A DNA stretch of 64,000 nucleotides from Tubiluchus corallicola (Eukaryota > Animalia > Priapulida): the NCBI GenBank assembly GCA_030141605.1, contig JAQGDQ010000177.1:372001-436000 (forward strand), in the 5' to 3' direction. The translations under genes were made by a program, and so were the position numbers. The notes below the pieces were generated by a model. It had not been told where the DNA came from. It did no database searches and saw only the letters and a program-made list of their open reading frames with translations. Positions 12,566-26,819 of this stretch are shown piece after piece; the stretch's first letter is position 1; every line of letters starts with the position of its first letter.

Positions 12566-13327
12566 TCTCCTACGTTTTTCCTTCGTTTGTTAGGAGCTGT
12601 TAAGTTTGAATGAAACGGGTGCGTAATTAAACTTTTTGCAAATATAATAGTTTTGCTGCTCACGTTTTTAAGTTTCCGTACAATAATAGTGGTTGTACGT
12701 TACTAGAAACTCCCCACATCCCCGTTTCGAACTTAGGCATCCCACACAGCTAAGCAGTCATATAAGCCCTTCAAACGTTCAAATTTCTAATTGCTTGCTT
12801 AGATCCATTTTAATGTACAATTTGCACCTCGGTATCTTAGTTAGCTAACACTTTGCCACGTGATCATTCACATGCGGTCTTTATCACCCGAAATTCTCTG
12901 TGACAATGTGACCTTCTTCACGTAATGTGGAACAATTCCCACAGATGACGTCACTTGAAAACGATATGGTCGTTGCGTTGTTAAGGTTTCTTTAATAATT
13001 ATATTTTCCTAGTTTCCTGGGCAGAAACTGATCATTTAGCCAGAAGCCCAAATGGTAAAATGAATGCAGTTGCAAACGATAAAAATGAAGTTTAGTTCGC
13101 CATCAATTTTGCTCCACTTAGAAAGAAGATGTTTGCTGATAGATTCATAGTCGAGTGGGTCATTTTTAACCGCTGCGTAAGGGAATGACGTGATTTGTAA
13201 CTAATGTAGAGGGCAGCACTAAACTCTGCTTGTGCACCCTCTGTAACTAAATTAGGCCTAATTTTTTTACCTGTTTGAGGAATTTTTTTGTTTGTTAACA
13301 CAACATCGATTGTGATTACAAAGCTTC

Positions 13328-13492
13328 AACAGCAGCAGCAGCAGCAGCAGCACCGTCACCACCACCGCCGCCACCACCACCACCACCACTACCACCACCA
13401 CCACCACCACCACCACCACCGCCACCACCAACACCAACACCAACACCACCACCACCACCACCAACACCAACAACAACAACAACAGCAGCAGC

Positions 13493-13555
<63 letters not shown>

Positions 13556-13588
13556 AACGACGACGACGACGACGACGACTACAACTAT

Positions 13589-13632
<44 letters not shown>

Positions 13633-13690
13633 CGACGACGACGACGACGACGACAACAACAACAACAGCAGCAACAACAACAGCAACAGC
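13328..13690. repeat. Compound (CAG)(CAC)(CAA)(CGA) microsatellite
   Basis: Directly visible. Confidence 0.97.
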
Positions 13691-14375
13691 TAGCCAGTAA
13701 CACAAAAAGATTGGGAAACCAGAGTAATAAATTATCTTTGAACGAAACATGCCTAATGATTTAAACAGAACGAGCCAGAAACTAGATCTAATTAATTATT
13801 AATTAACCTCATTAACTGACCACATTTCAGTAATAGAATCTTGCAGGTGATCATAATAATGCTATGGAAAGTGTTAACAGCGTTGACACTGATGCCTAAT
13901 CAAGTCATTAGAACTTCCCTACCTAGCCAGCTATAAATAAACTTAATCAGCTAGTCAGATATCATTATTATGAAACTCAAACCTCTGCGCATTAAACAGT
14001 GAAAGCTTTTGAGTTAGGCTTCTTGTAGGACACCTAACATTAGTTCACACTTGGGACTGCGTGTGTGACTGTAATGAAACCAGTCAGTGACATGACTTCA
14101 CTGCATTCTATGCATACCATCACTCCGCCTGCCAGGACCTGCGTGTAATGTTAGAAATGGCAAAGCTGATGTGGCAGAAATACGGGAATGTTTAAGTTTT
14201 AGAGGATCCAGTTTGGGCAAAGAAAAAGAAAAAACGCATTTTATCCTTATGAAGTTGTTCAATCATAACTATTTATCAACGATGCACCTTTCTTTAAGAA
14301 AGGTAAAATTACCACAATTATTTGTTATTTTAAATTGTTTGATGCTACGAAATTGCTTCATTTCTTAGAATTTAA

Positions 14376-14517
14376 CACAACGACAACGCCGCAGCCGCCA
14401 CTGACGACGACAACAATAACAAAACAGCAACGATGACAAAAACAACAGCAACGACAACAACAACAACAAACAGCAACAACAACAGCAACAGCAAATTACA
14501 AAAACAACAACAGCAGC

Positions 14518-14550
<33 letters not shown>

Positions 14551-14552
14551 TA

Positions 14553-14583
<31 letters not shown>

Positions 14584-14622
14584 AGCGACAAAAACAACAG
14601 CAACAACAACAACAACAACAAA
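14376..14622. repeat. (CAA/CAG)n microsatellite
   Basis: Directly visible. Confidence 0.95.
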
Positions 14623-16744
14623 AATAGCAATAGTTCGAATTTTCTGACGCAACTGTAAATAATTTAAAGTCAGTAATGTGTTGTATGTACTCAGTAATTG
14701 AACAGGTACGCTTCGTAATTCTGACCCAGCGATATACAAGACTTGTGCAAGTATTATATTTCCTTGCTGTGCATTTTAAAAACTAATCCGATCGTCAGTA
14801 AACTAATCGTAACTGGATATCAAACACTCTGAGCTGCGTGAAGAAGAATGCAAAATGAAGAATGCATTTTGTTTCTACCAGGTCAGGCGATAAATTTAAA
14901 TAGTCTGCCTACAATTGGCGCGCAGTGAGCAGAAAATGAAGTGAATTCTTTAAGAAGCCGACAAGTTAATGCAGGCAATTCCAGTTGATCGATTAATGAT
15001 CGTACATATTTCAGAAGCTTCTATGATAATGAATTGTTGCATTGAAGCTAAGTTTAAGAGATGAATGTGAAAGCTGTCAAAATGTCACGTGTATATTAAT
15101 AGCAATATAATAATGATTAAATGATAACCTTTAACTGTAATACAATAAGATTAACTTACGATTAAGTTAATACGCTTAAGATTAGCAGATCTTTGCATCT
15201 CTCTACGCAAACAACCATGTGCATCATAATATTACTGATAGAGCATTTTTGTCCTACAGGGTTGACCTATAATTTAAGGCACTGATTTGTAGTTTGGCCC
15301 ACATTATACACTGCACAGCTGGTATATTTATTATTCATTACTGTGTTTCTTTTAAATCTGTGAGTAACAAACGTGTATGGCTTAGAATGTTCAATGCTTA
15401 TTGCTGTGCATTCTAAGGCAGTTCAAATTTAACTTAAATGACAAAAGTGTAAAATTGATGATTGTTGAATATCGAAAAGCACTGCGTCGTATGCTTGCCA
15501 TACCATATAACTCACGTTCTACAATAACGAGACGATTTCTGAAACTTTGTCATTTGAATTTTTAAGAGAATGTTTAAACTGTTGATATTTATAAATTGTT
15601 CAAAAAGTTTTGCTTTAAGGACACTGTCTCTGTTTAACACGAATTCTACTTGTACAACCCTCGGAGTGAATACGATATTTATCGCGCAAAATATTTCCAA
15701 TCTTAATAATCGCGATATATTTTTTGCTTGTAAACTGTACTGGTTTACTGAAGAGGAAAACCATGTGGCTTTTCGTACGAAGAAATTCGTCAGATTCTGT
15801 ATTATAGTATAACTAACTAATGTAAATATTTTTGTAAATTATTACTAAAATATTGATGAATTGCACTATTATAATATGTAACATGTGCGAATAAAATCGT
15901 ATATATATAACTGGTTGCTGTTTCTGGGCCGTTTTGGAAATCTGCAATAAAGAGTTTCACTAAACCTTCAACAATTCGCAAAGCGAACATGTATATACAC
16001 CCGAATATAGCCAAAGCACCTCTAAAAATACTTATCTTAGCGGATTACCCTTGCTAGTGCGACTGGGTGCCCGTCCCGCCATGACCATGTGCGTCGAATG
16101 CGTCCTGATGTTGCATGCTGGATTTAGGCTTGCAATGTTTATCAAAATACCTTAAGTATACTAACCAACGATACAAAATTCATTAAAACACACTTCCGGG
16201 AGTTACCTTTCCAGTGTGGGATATGAGTATGAAAGCATTAACTGGGTTGAAACACAAAAACCATTGTTAAGTCATTGATTGGCGTTCTGTACGAAGAGGT
16301 AATTACGGCTCAGCCTCACCTTGCATGTAGTAATTGCCAGGTGCCATAACTGGCTTCACCTAATCAACATGAACAATGTCACAGGTAGAAAGGCTAATCA
16401 ACTATACAGGGCGTCCCGAAACATTGTGTAGCACAGTTACGAAAATCATCCACACTAACAGTCACGAAATAGGCTCACGCGACGCAAATAAGGTGTGAAA
16501 TTCTTGGGTGTTTTGTTTGAGTGCCAGTAGAGGTCGCTGCAGTTGCTCTTGAAGAGAGCACCCTTCGTTAAGTGAACTCATTCATGGGTTCTTGCGTTCT
16601 ATAACAGGCTTCCTTGTTGTTATATTCCAATTCATCAAATTCTGTCGTGATATCGTCTGGCTTCAGACGAGATTATGAGCTTAACTGCCGTATCGGTGGA
16701 GAGATGTGAAGAGTTCGAGATTGTTAAGGACAAATTTTTGATAG

Positions 16745-16922
16745 ACAGAAAGGGAGGGGGTGGTGAGACATAGAGAAGGAGAAAGAGAGACAGAGAGAGA
16801 GAGAGAGAGAGCGGGGGAAGAGGGAAGGAGACAGAGAGAGGGAGAGAGAGAGAAAGAGAGAGAGAGAGGGAGAAAGAAAGAGAAAGACAGACAGAGAGAG
16901 AGAGAGAGAGAGAGAGAAAGAA

Positions 16923-16960
<38 letters not shown>

Positions 16961-16975
16961 AAGAAAGGGAGCAAG
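16745..16975. repeat. (GA)n-rich purine tract
   Basis: Directly visible. Confidence 0.95.
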
Positions 16976-19314
16976 AAGGATTATGAAATCCAAAAAAACA
17001 TCACGCAACTGGATGTTTTAATCTTGAAATGTTAAAAACTGAAACACATCTCTTTTAACTTTACTAACTGCGCGGACCATTATGAAAACACCCGTTCACA
17101 TGCAATTTTAATGTATTCATGTAAGAAATGAGTTTCTATCTACCTAACTACTACGTGAGTAAGGGATGAGTGTTTGATTTATCGATATTTATCGATTTAT
17201 CTTTCAGTACCTGTAAATTCAGTACCTCTTACGTCAGTGTCCTCACCATACACAACCCAGAACGTGGAAGTTGCGCATTTGCTACATAGCCTTTTAGATG
17301 TCTGACCACCAAAAATTTATTTAGCATTGTGATACTCGTGCTTTCTGCAAAACATTGCGATGTCATTTCAATAAGATAATTGATCTGAACTTCGGATGTC
17401 ACCAAACAGTGTGACCGTTGCCATACTGTAAATATGAACTAGGGCAACTTTTTCTTCTATTAACTCGCAAACATTTTACATGGTTCAACTATTTGCCAAA
17501 GTGGCAGATCAACACTATTTTCGCAAAACGGGGCAGTATTGTCAGCAGTAACTTGTTTTCGAGTTCAATGAACGTTTTCGATACTGCTTCTCAATGTTCT
17601 GCATTCTCAGAAACAATTCAGTAATTTCACGAATCTGTTTTAGCACTAGGAACGCTCCACACATATTACAAATGAAATTTGTATTGCTCGCATGTCATTA
17701 TAGCATGAAATTGTATTGAAGAAACTGTTATTATTAGTTTACTTTATCAGAGTAAATGCGGCTCTAAGTGACATTTGTGCTACGTGGAATTGACATAAAT
17801 ATTAAAAAGTTAGGGCTTCATCACTTCACCTTGTTTGACACCTTAATTATGCGTATTTTAAGGACGCAAATTTGCATTGATGAAGTGAGTTTAGTTATTA
17901 AAAAGGCAAAAAAGCAAACATTTGCCTTTCTTTTGTAAACTTAAGTCATAAAATCGTGCTTATTTGAACCTTTCATGAGAAAATGGATTATTATTTTTCG
18001 CTTGTTCGAGGAACCATTAAGCAGTGCAATAAAGGGACTCTTTATGTTACAATTACGGCACAGAGGGTAATATTGAAATGCGCAGTGATTTTATAGTAGT
18101 TAAATTAATTTGCGAAAGATCTTTATAAAAAGGCTGGATGGGAAAGGCTGAACACTGAACAGCTTTCCTCTAAACGGTGTGCAATGATGAGCAACCTGCT
18201 ATGCAATTGTGCTTGAGGAAGGAAAAATCCACGTAATTTGTTTTCCGTTTTGTTGAAACAATATGGCATTCTGGCGAAAATGGTAAGTATTTCTGGCATT
18301 GTATTAAATAATAAGACATACTAAGATAAACCAATACTTTACTCTCTGGCTGGTTTTATCCTAAAATCGGCCTTTCTCATGCTCTTTTGATTAAGCTGGA
18401 GTGTTAAAATGCAGTTAAAAACACGAAAGTTTTGCTAAAAGAGAAGTGCTTTGTAGTTCACCTTCTAATTCGTTGTCTGGCCATTAATTACAATCAGTTT
18501 ACAAATTACAGTTATTTTCTACAAATTCGACTGCTCAGCATTCAAGTCTGTAAAATTTAGGTTGGCTGAGCCAAAAACACTTCATTTGATACGAACTGAT
18601 GTAGCATGGCTTTTTTAATAACTGCCAATAGAAATTCATTTAAAATTCCTTGTTTAACAACGTTTGCGCGAAAGCTTAAATAAATGTTTTCTGCACTGAG
18701 CAAAAATCTGCAATCGATTGCATACTTATTAGAAATTAAACGGAAAGTTTAGAACTGACATGTCAAACCACGTGACTAGCAACCAATAATTGAAATTAAT
18801 GGTCACATTCGCAGCCCTTTCCCACGTGCTAGTGTTTAATGCCTGTGCTTTTATATCCCAGTTTATAGCTGGAATTTTTTGCATGGCTACTTGACAGCTT
18901 AACTGCCTGCTGACTTGATGCCTTAACATGATTCTATGACATGTTACTCTCTAATAAAACACACAAAGCTTAGAGTTGAAGACACGTCATGACATATCGT
19001 CCAAATTCTAAACCAAAATTTCCATTCCCAGCAATTTGTCATTTGTTAATTTATTTTCGAGATCGGGTATCACAGAATTCAAATCGTACTGAACAGGCAT
19101 GTAGCGGAAACGCACGAAAGGAATTTTCTAAAATAAAAACCTCTCTCTCGTTTAATGCTGATTCTTAGGATTACTGCACTTACATTTTCAATTCTAGTAA
19201 TAATAGTGGCTAATCGCGAGTAACCTGGAGCAGGTGTTACAGGTGTTCTTCGCGTGCACCTTTATAATATGTGATGTTCGGCATAAGTGAAACACGGTAT
19301 GTGGATACATATGA

Positions 19315-19357
19315 GGGAAAAAGACAGAGAGAAGGGAGGAGAGAGAGGGGAGAGACG

Positions 19358-19400
<43 letters not shown>
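19315..19400. repeat. (GA)n microsatellite
   Basis: Directly visible. Confidence 0.95.
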
Positions 19401-20617
19401 GCACAGAGATAAAAGTATAGAGTATGCGAACTGGTAAGCATAAAAAACATGATTTTGACTAATCAAATTCTTGTTTTCTGCTTTGCAACTTAATTCCAGA
19501 TTAGGTTGTATCACCAAGCGAGATTCCTTGTTAATTTCCAGTATTTGAAAATTTCAAGAAAAGAATCTTGTTCGTTCAATTTTGCAGTGCAATTTTGGTA
19601 ATTTATACGCATCCAATGTTTTTCCACTCAACACTAATTCCGTTAATCCATGGCATAAAATCTCCATTATGCTGTTTGCCAATGCATTATTTAATTATAA
19701 TCAAAATGTTATTGTATTTAACTTAGTTCAGAATTTTATTGGTAATACTATAAAAGATTTTCGCTCTTATTTCTTAGCTTTTATTTCAATCTATCCTACG
19801 CGTTCCTTTCATCTTCCTCTTAATTTTGTTGTTGTTAAATTAGTTTAACTGACAATTGTAATTCTGCGTCTTGTGTCAGTGGTTATGTGAATATCTTAGG
19901 CGTATTGTCAGCTTAATTGCTGTCCGGCAAAGATTATTTTCGGCCGAAAAATAAAAATGTTTTATAAAAAAAATCTTGTTCGTTGAGCCACATTAAAATT
20001 TAAGTATTAACTGTAAGTGACCTCCACCTCGCCGCCGCGTGATTTATCAATGTCTTCATCCGGACTCCATGTGGTTTTCCATGTTTAACTTCTAGATTTC
20101 ACGGTTGATGAGACAGAAGCCACGCTGCTGTCCCGACTGAGCCATGTTGCTATGCTGCTGCTGGTGCTGATGCTGCAATGCTGGAATCTTGTTGAAAATG
20201 TTGATTTATTATCATTAATTAGGTCGACTTGACATCAACAAGTTTTTGCCAACAGCTGGTTTGCTGTAGTACAGCTGTCACAGGGAGAAATTTCGCATTA
20301 TAGCAGCTTGAAAGAGATACAGTTATTTCTTGAATAGCTACTTTTACTTCTGAACATTATTACTTGATACAGTCAGCGGTTTGAACAGGAGTAAACCTTG
20401 CAAAATAATACATAAAGTTAAGTAAGTTCACGCGCACAACGTACTCGATCTGCTAATTACGACAAAAAAGTTATTTCAAAACTCCAGCTTTCCAAACTTT
20501 CACAAAAAAACCTCAAACACTTGCACTCCCAAGCATGCCGGCGAGCATTGCATATTAATCGTGGATCTAGTATCAACTCAAAGATTTCACCTCTTGAGTG
20601 TATTTAATTCACCGTGT

Positions 20618-20784
20618 GAAGGAGTGTTGCTGAGAAGCCACTGGCATAGCGGAGTCTAGTTTTTGCTGGATTAACTGCTGTGTTTACCTGTCTTAAGGGC
20701 AGATTTCTTTTATTTTAGAGTTCTGCCTGCCCAATATCTACAATAGATGTAATGGGCATATGATGATGATGATATTATGATGAT
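20618..20784 (+). mobile_element. SINE/LINE-3'-end family S with (GAT)n tail, copy 1
   Basis: Homologous to 21146-21313 (+) and 55674-55810 (-): TCTAGTTTT.GCTGG.TT.ACTGCT.TG.TTACC...GAATTC.GCC.G.CCA.T.TCTACAA, then GAT repeats. Confidence 0.7.
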
Positions 20785-20796
20785 GAAGGGGTGTTC

Positions 20797-21145
20797 TCCA
20801 ATAAATGTTAAATAGGAAAGTTTTCAAGAGAAAATGGCCGTACGTAGTCAAAAATGAAGATTTATACACTAGAACAAAAGAAATTCCTTAGACAACTTCT
20901 AAGATCACCAAGTGGAACACCAGTAAGAATCGCCTTAAAGGAAGCCTTAAAACCTTGGAAAAACAACCTGATAAACCAAAAACAACTTGGATAGCTAAGA
21001 TAAATAAAGATGTTCAACAACTTCAACCAAATCTATCTTTATGAGTAGAAAAACATTGTACTGTTAGCTGCAGATAGGAGTGGGTAGAATGTTCTAAGAA
21101 ACGTTAATGCTTCAATATCTACAAAAGATGGAATGAAATCTTGAA
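20797..21145 (+). mobile_element. RTE-clade LINE 3' end (family R2), copy 2
   Basis: Near-identical to the reverse complement of 8905-9210 over AGTAAGAATCGCCTTAAAGGAAGCCTTAAAACCTTG...AAATAAAGATGTTCAACAACTTCAACCAAA; flanked by GAAGG(G/A)GTGTTC direct repeats. Confidence 0.8.
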
Positions 21146-21313
21146 GAAGGAGTGTTCACTCGGAAGTGGTGCTGACAAGCCACTAACATAGCAATGTCTA
21201 GTTTTGAGCTGGGTTACTGCTGTGCTTACCAGTCTTGAAGGCGGAGTTATTTTTTTTAGAATTCCGCCCGTCCAGTGTCTACAATTGAGGTAACGGTCAT
21301 CATAATGATGATG
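21146..21313 (+). mobile_element. Family S repeat, copy 2
   Basis: Homology with 20618-20784. Confidence 0.65.
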
Positions 21314-21549
21314 GTTGTACGCAAAAGCGAGTCGAATGAGTGACTGTGACTGGTGAATTTTATTCCAAACCTGACGTACGTACAAACAAACTATTCTACA
21401 AGATTTCTGCTTCTGAGAATGAGTTAAATGGACCTACAATTTTAAGGATTTTTTAATAGTTCTTGACTAGCAAGTGTCTTGTTGTACTTATTTGGATATA
21501 GAAGTTGCGCATGCGTTGTTAGCATCTTCCATACACAATGCACAAGCAG

Positions 21550-22173
21550 TTAAAAGAAGACAGGATGATTTTTTATATATTATCCCATTTTCAAGTCCGA
21601 TAAAAATTATACATTTTAACACGATTAATACAGCAAAAGCGTTTCTGATAATTAAATAATAGATTAAAACTTAATTAACGGCGGGAGAGCCCAACTGTTG
21701 ATGACATCATAAACTAACATAATTTTCAACAGCAAAAATATTCTACGAGCGGTGTGCACGTATTTGCGGAAGCGAAAGTTGAAGTACAGAGCTACTGTAA
21801 GATATCCAATGTTTTGTAATAAAATTAGGCAAGTTTTAAGATAAAAATTCAAATTTAAAATTTACCGCTGTGCGTGCGCATGAGCTGTTAAACGTGTGTA
21901 GTTCATCAGAAACTAACACAGCTGAACTGAGCGATAGTGTACCTGATTTTGTATAATGAGTTTCAGAAATGCAGGCGCTAGTGCCAGTCTAACTAGCGAA
22001 TGGTGAAATGCATGTAACAGCGAGGAACTAGTGGGGCGAATGCGAAATTGTATTTGTGTGATAATAATTATTTCACGTAAGTCATTTTTGAAAAAAGAGT
22101 GTGTTCCCTTTCAATATTTTAAAAAGTATACTGTTTTGACCTACAGTTTAAGATTGAGTCCAGTTTGCTTTAA
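21550..22173 (+). mobile_element. TTAA-bounded MITE (family C; Kolobok/piggyBac-like), apparently complete
   Basis: Left end TTAA-AAGAAGACAGG, right end CCAGTTTGCT-TTAA; left ~300 bp matches the reverse complement of 44630-44984 and right ~110 bp matches 61425-61534. Confidence 0.65.
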
Positions 22174-22559
22174 CGAAGAAAAACAATTGGCTGTCTTAGT
22201 AATTCTAAAACATTAATGTTTAGTTAGGGCCATTTGAACATAGCTGAGAAGAAATTCGGGTAACTCATATATGCTATTTTGCTGCTCCAGGCAATATACA
22301 AAGCTGTGTAAATGGGCCCAATTTACAGGGACTAAAACTCCTATAATAATGTATTTCTATTCTTGCAATGTTCAAGTACTGGAAGGCTGGAAGAACGGAA
22401 CACAATTATTAATAAATTCAATTATTAAAAAGTGAATTTTTGCTTCTGGCACATACGTATTATAAAATATAGTGACTGCTACATCCGCAGCAATGATATC
22501 TGTTAAAAATATTGGAGTCACCGTGACTCATACAATTAGAAAAGAAAAATCTTAAAAAT

Positions 22560-22960
22560 TTAAAATATTCCTGTTACTTGGTAAAACGGTACTGCATAGC
22601 CATCCCAGTGTACACCACTGTTTCACCAAAAAACACGTTATTGATGTTATTGACAATATAAAGTGGTAATTTAAATTCTGCTTAGTTAGCGAAGAGTGTG
22701 CTACGAATGCTCTGATTATTTTTTGAAACTTTACACAATGTTATCTAAACTTGTTTCAAACGACTTATCCTCAAAATGGCTGCGCTTAACTGTTATTGCG
22801 GAAATTTAAATTTACAAATTTTAAACAGCGTTGCTGCTAACGCAATAAGATTGTATGCAAGTGATATAGAATTTCAAGACGAATTTTTTAACGTTTATTT
22901 GTAAAGAGTGTTTTCCTGTGCTTTGACGTTCCACTGTAGTTAGTGGAAGACGGACTACTT
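22560..22960 (+). mobile_element. Family A DNA transposon fragment, copy 2
   Basis: Homology with 3900-4240 (AAACTTGTTTCA...CCTCAAA.TGGCTGCGC...AGAGTGTTTTC.TGTGCTTT). Confidence 0.65.
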
Positions 22961-23349
22961 TTCCGCTCAGAGGAATATTCCTGCGCGCCCAATTGCTTAA
23001 TGTCGTTTGAAGGTTGCGCGTGAACCGCTGGGACATTGTGTTTGGTAAAATTCAATAAACACATTAAGAGTTGATAAGAGTAACAGCGAATGACTTACAG
23101 GGCATAGATTTTCAGATTTTCGAGTTTTAGCCTCAACAAACTTTGATAAGACGTTTAAACTACCCATGAATGACTTGAGGATTTAATTTGTTTGAATCCT
23201 TGATACTAAACTCGCGCCGTCTAGTGGCAGTTAATAGAATGCAATATTTTGTGCTTTTCGACTGCGTGAGGCTTGATCAAATTACCGTTTGCATTAAAAC
23301 AGAACGTGTATTTTATGATGGATTATGTAATTGGGCTACTTAGAATAAA

Positions 23350-23730
23350 GAAGATGATGGTGATGATGATTATGCTGATGAGATGATAATGATGATGATG
23401 ATGATGATGATAATGATGATGATGATGAGGAGGAGGTGGAGGAGGAGAAGGAAGAGGATGGTGACGATGATGATGAAGACTGCACAGGAAAAACAACATA
23501 AACGGCAACAATAACAACCGCCGCTGCCGCAGCAGCAACGACGACGACGACAATGACAACGACAATGAAAACAATCACAACAACAACAACTACAACAACA
23601 AGAACGCCGACGACGACAACCATAACTGCAGCAACAACAACGAAGACAACAGTGGCGGCAACGGCAATGACAACAGCAGCAGCAACAACAACAACAGTGA
23701 CAGTAACAGTAGCAGCGACGGCAGCAGCAA
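23350..23730. repeat. Compound (GAT)/(GGA)/(CAA/CGA/CAG) microsatellite
   Basis: Directly visible. Confidence 0.93.
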
Positions 23731-25139
23731 CATTATTTTGAACCATTTAATAACATAGATTCGTTTCATCTTAACACCGTTTCACAGAAATACTACAGCG
23801 AGTATAAATGCCTTTGAGGAAAATAACAGCGAAACATTCATTTGTAATGATAGCTCAAATGCTTTTAAAGCTCAAAACCATTTTCAGAGAATCAGTAGGC
23901 ATTTAGAACTGTATAAAATTGTTCGTACATTCCCAAGTGTAGGTCAAACGACTGGCGAAGTGGTGCAAATGCTCTGATATGGAGAAAACTTTTCTAAAAT
24001 TCTTGTCTTGTTTTGCAATTACGAGAGCTTTTTGTCTTTTATATGACGAGTGAAACGTATAAATACTAGATTTATTACAAGCCACAAATCGCATTTGGTT
24101 TAGCGAATTTTTCCGCCAAAATAGTTTTACCAGCCGCCCAGCACCTTGAAATTTTTAACGTATAGATTGCGCTAGGTAGGAAAAGCACTAAAGAATTTTG
24201 TAAGTGTGCAAAATAAGTCATTTTCGTTCCACCTGATTGGGCAAAAATTCAACTAACTTTTTAAAATTGTTTGCAGCTCTTGAAATGTGTCAAACTGCTG
24301 GTCAATGTTCAAGAGTGACTGTTCTTGAATGCTCAATGCGCACATTGCGTGATCGATTTGGACGAACAGACTCGAATTTATGGCACACTTTTTTTCCAGA
24401 GAAATCGTCACAGTGCCGTATTATAGGAAATGTGATTGGTAAAAGTGGAAAACGAATTCTTAAACCAAACATAACAGCCAGCACCCACATAAGCAAAGAC
24501 GTGGCTTCTATTCACACACAAACATCTGCAACGTTTCGACACAGTTAAGGTACTGTTCACGCAACAATCCACCTAAATAAAAATACAGTGTAAAAATATA
24601 CAAAAATCAACATTGTAAGAAGCAAATAAGACAAATAGGGTGTGATACAAAGCCAAATGATAGAAAAATAAAGTTATGTTTTACTCCAACACAATTAATT
24701 CACTGACCAATGTCGGTGGGTGGAAATAGGAGAAACCTTTACAAATAAAATGGTGAACAACATTGTAAACGAGCAACTACAAGGACCAGTTCAAAATAAT
24801 TCAGAGAAGAGGTTCGCTCGTCACAATATTGATTTTATTATAGAAAAAACAAAACACAGTAGTCAACTAGCGTATTAAAAAGTCAGTTTTGAGGGTTTGC
24901 CTGTGAACTACTAAAAGTGGCGGTCCCAGATCAGCTGTCATTTGCCATTTAGCCACTTTTCGGTGGAGTTATAGAGACCAAATTTGTAAATGTTTATAAT
25001 AGACATAATAGATGCATGATGTGTTTATGATCGTAGATAGGTCAATTCATAATAAGTATTGAAACGTTCTTTATTTATACAATTTAGCACTCTGCGAATT
25101 TAGAGCGTATTCAATCTAGAAAGTTGTGGCAGGACCGAC

Positions 25140-25390
25140 ATCTACTCATTATCAAGCGAAATCCTTTAAGAAAAGACGCTTGTCTGGCAGAGAGGACTCA
25201 GCCACATTCGGATATGTATAAATCCTCCCTCAACGAGAAGAATACCTGCGAGCAATAACCCAGAAGAAACCGTCTGCAACGAGTATGTTAACATCAGCTA
25301 CCCATCCATTTATTAACCAAGCTCGGTGTTGCTTAACTACGATTGTTAAACATACTCAGTGACCACTCAGCTATTCGCATACCTGTGTCA
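25140..25390 (+). mobile_element. SINE-like repeat containing an antisense 5S-rRNA-like segment
   Basis: CCCATCCATTTATTAACCAAGCTCGGTGTTGCTTAACT (25301-25338) resembles the reverse complement of the 5S internal control region; related copies at ~34974-35020 and ~60234-60275. Confidence 0.6.
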
Positions 25391-26819
25391 TTATTTAAGC
25401 ATTTAAATTATCTGCATATGCCTTTATTATGATGAAATAAATAGTAATCAATTAATCAATCAATCTTTCTCGTGTACACCGAACCAGTCCGATCTGTTGA
25501 CAGTAACTTCAGTAATAATACTAGAGATAACACAGTAAGAAGAAGAAGAAAGGCAGGCATTCTAGGAAAGCCTTTGCCTAGAGATTCTTTTACAAAAGTC
25601 TGACGTTGTCTCCGGGTTAAGCAACGTGTCTTTAATTAAGCTGTCCACAAGAGAAGATTGTTCAAAGCTTTGCTCAACTTAATGAGGCTCATTCCTAGAT
25701 ACTTTAAAAGCAGTTTGTCTCTAAGCCTCTGATGCAGGAATAAATGTAACACCTTCAAACTTGCATTAGACTTACTGTGTGCTTTGAGTGGATGCTTGCG
25801 GCTCTATGGAGAGGGTTGAGGGGTTCGTCGTAGCATACAACTGAAAATGCTCGCTGAACTTATGGAGAGGGACTTTGATGTTACGAGGCTATAACTTGTT
25901 GTTGTCATTGGAGAAATCCCTCCAAAAAAGAGGCTTTTACAGTTATAAAATTGTGCAACACTTTTCATGGAGCTACTTTTGCTTGAATATTTGCTGCATT
26001 TGAAAATAAGTCTTTTGTACTTCATAGCTTTGCAAAAGCAGATCCGCTCTGGGTGCTAGATTGGCTCATGGATCCGCCAAGCTTGAGTGCATTCTGTCAG
26101 CTAAATCCCCATGCTGTCATTGGCATTTGAACCTCTGCTGAAGACAAACTTGTCATTATTTGCTGTCATATCGGAAGGTAACTGCTGTCAAATTCAAAAT
26201 GTCAGCTTCGGGGGACATTCGCTGAAATTGATTGAAAACCAAAGGTAAACTTATGCGGTTAAGCGAAAGGACAAGCCATGTTGAATTTATTTTATTCTTA
26301 TCACTTAGACTTAAGGGAAATATAACTAAGAAATTTGCAAAAATATCCATTAAATATAAAGTTAATTTATACTACTGCTGTATAGAAGTTTTCAAGTGCC
26401 ACCATTCACTTGAAAATGATGACGTAACTAAGTCGACTTTTCGCATCTTTTCCGTAAGAGCGCGCTGCTTAATTCAATTCGAACTTCTACGGTTTACTTG
26501 ATATTTATACAAAAATATCACAAAATTAGCTATCTAGTTATTTTGTAAAAACTTATTATACTTTTAGCGAAAATTGACAGTGACAATTTTGTTCAGTAAG
26601 TGAACAATATCATTGGTTAAATGGGAGTTCAAAATAAGAGCATCTAAGTGGGAATTGACAACGAATTTAAAGTGATTTTACTAGTTACACGAAGCACTAA
26701 TCACACTTTTATTACAAAATCCTTTTAACATTTTTCGCAAACAGTAAAATAAGCTTAACTTTCCAGACGACTCGGTATTTTATATCTATATCTAGATTTT
26801 GACAATTTTTCTACTAAGG

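Noticed and set aside
25560-26150. Coding-like minus-strand stretch (possible LINE linker region, KPLFWRDFS...FSEHF)
   Set aside because: Many stops and no diagnostic motif; too weak to call.
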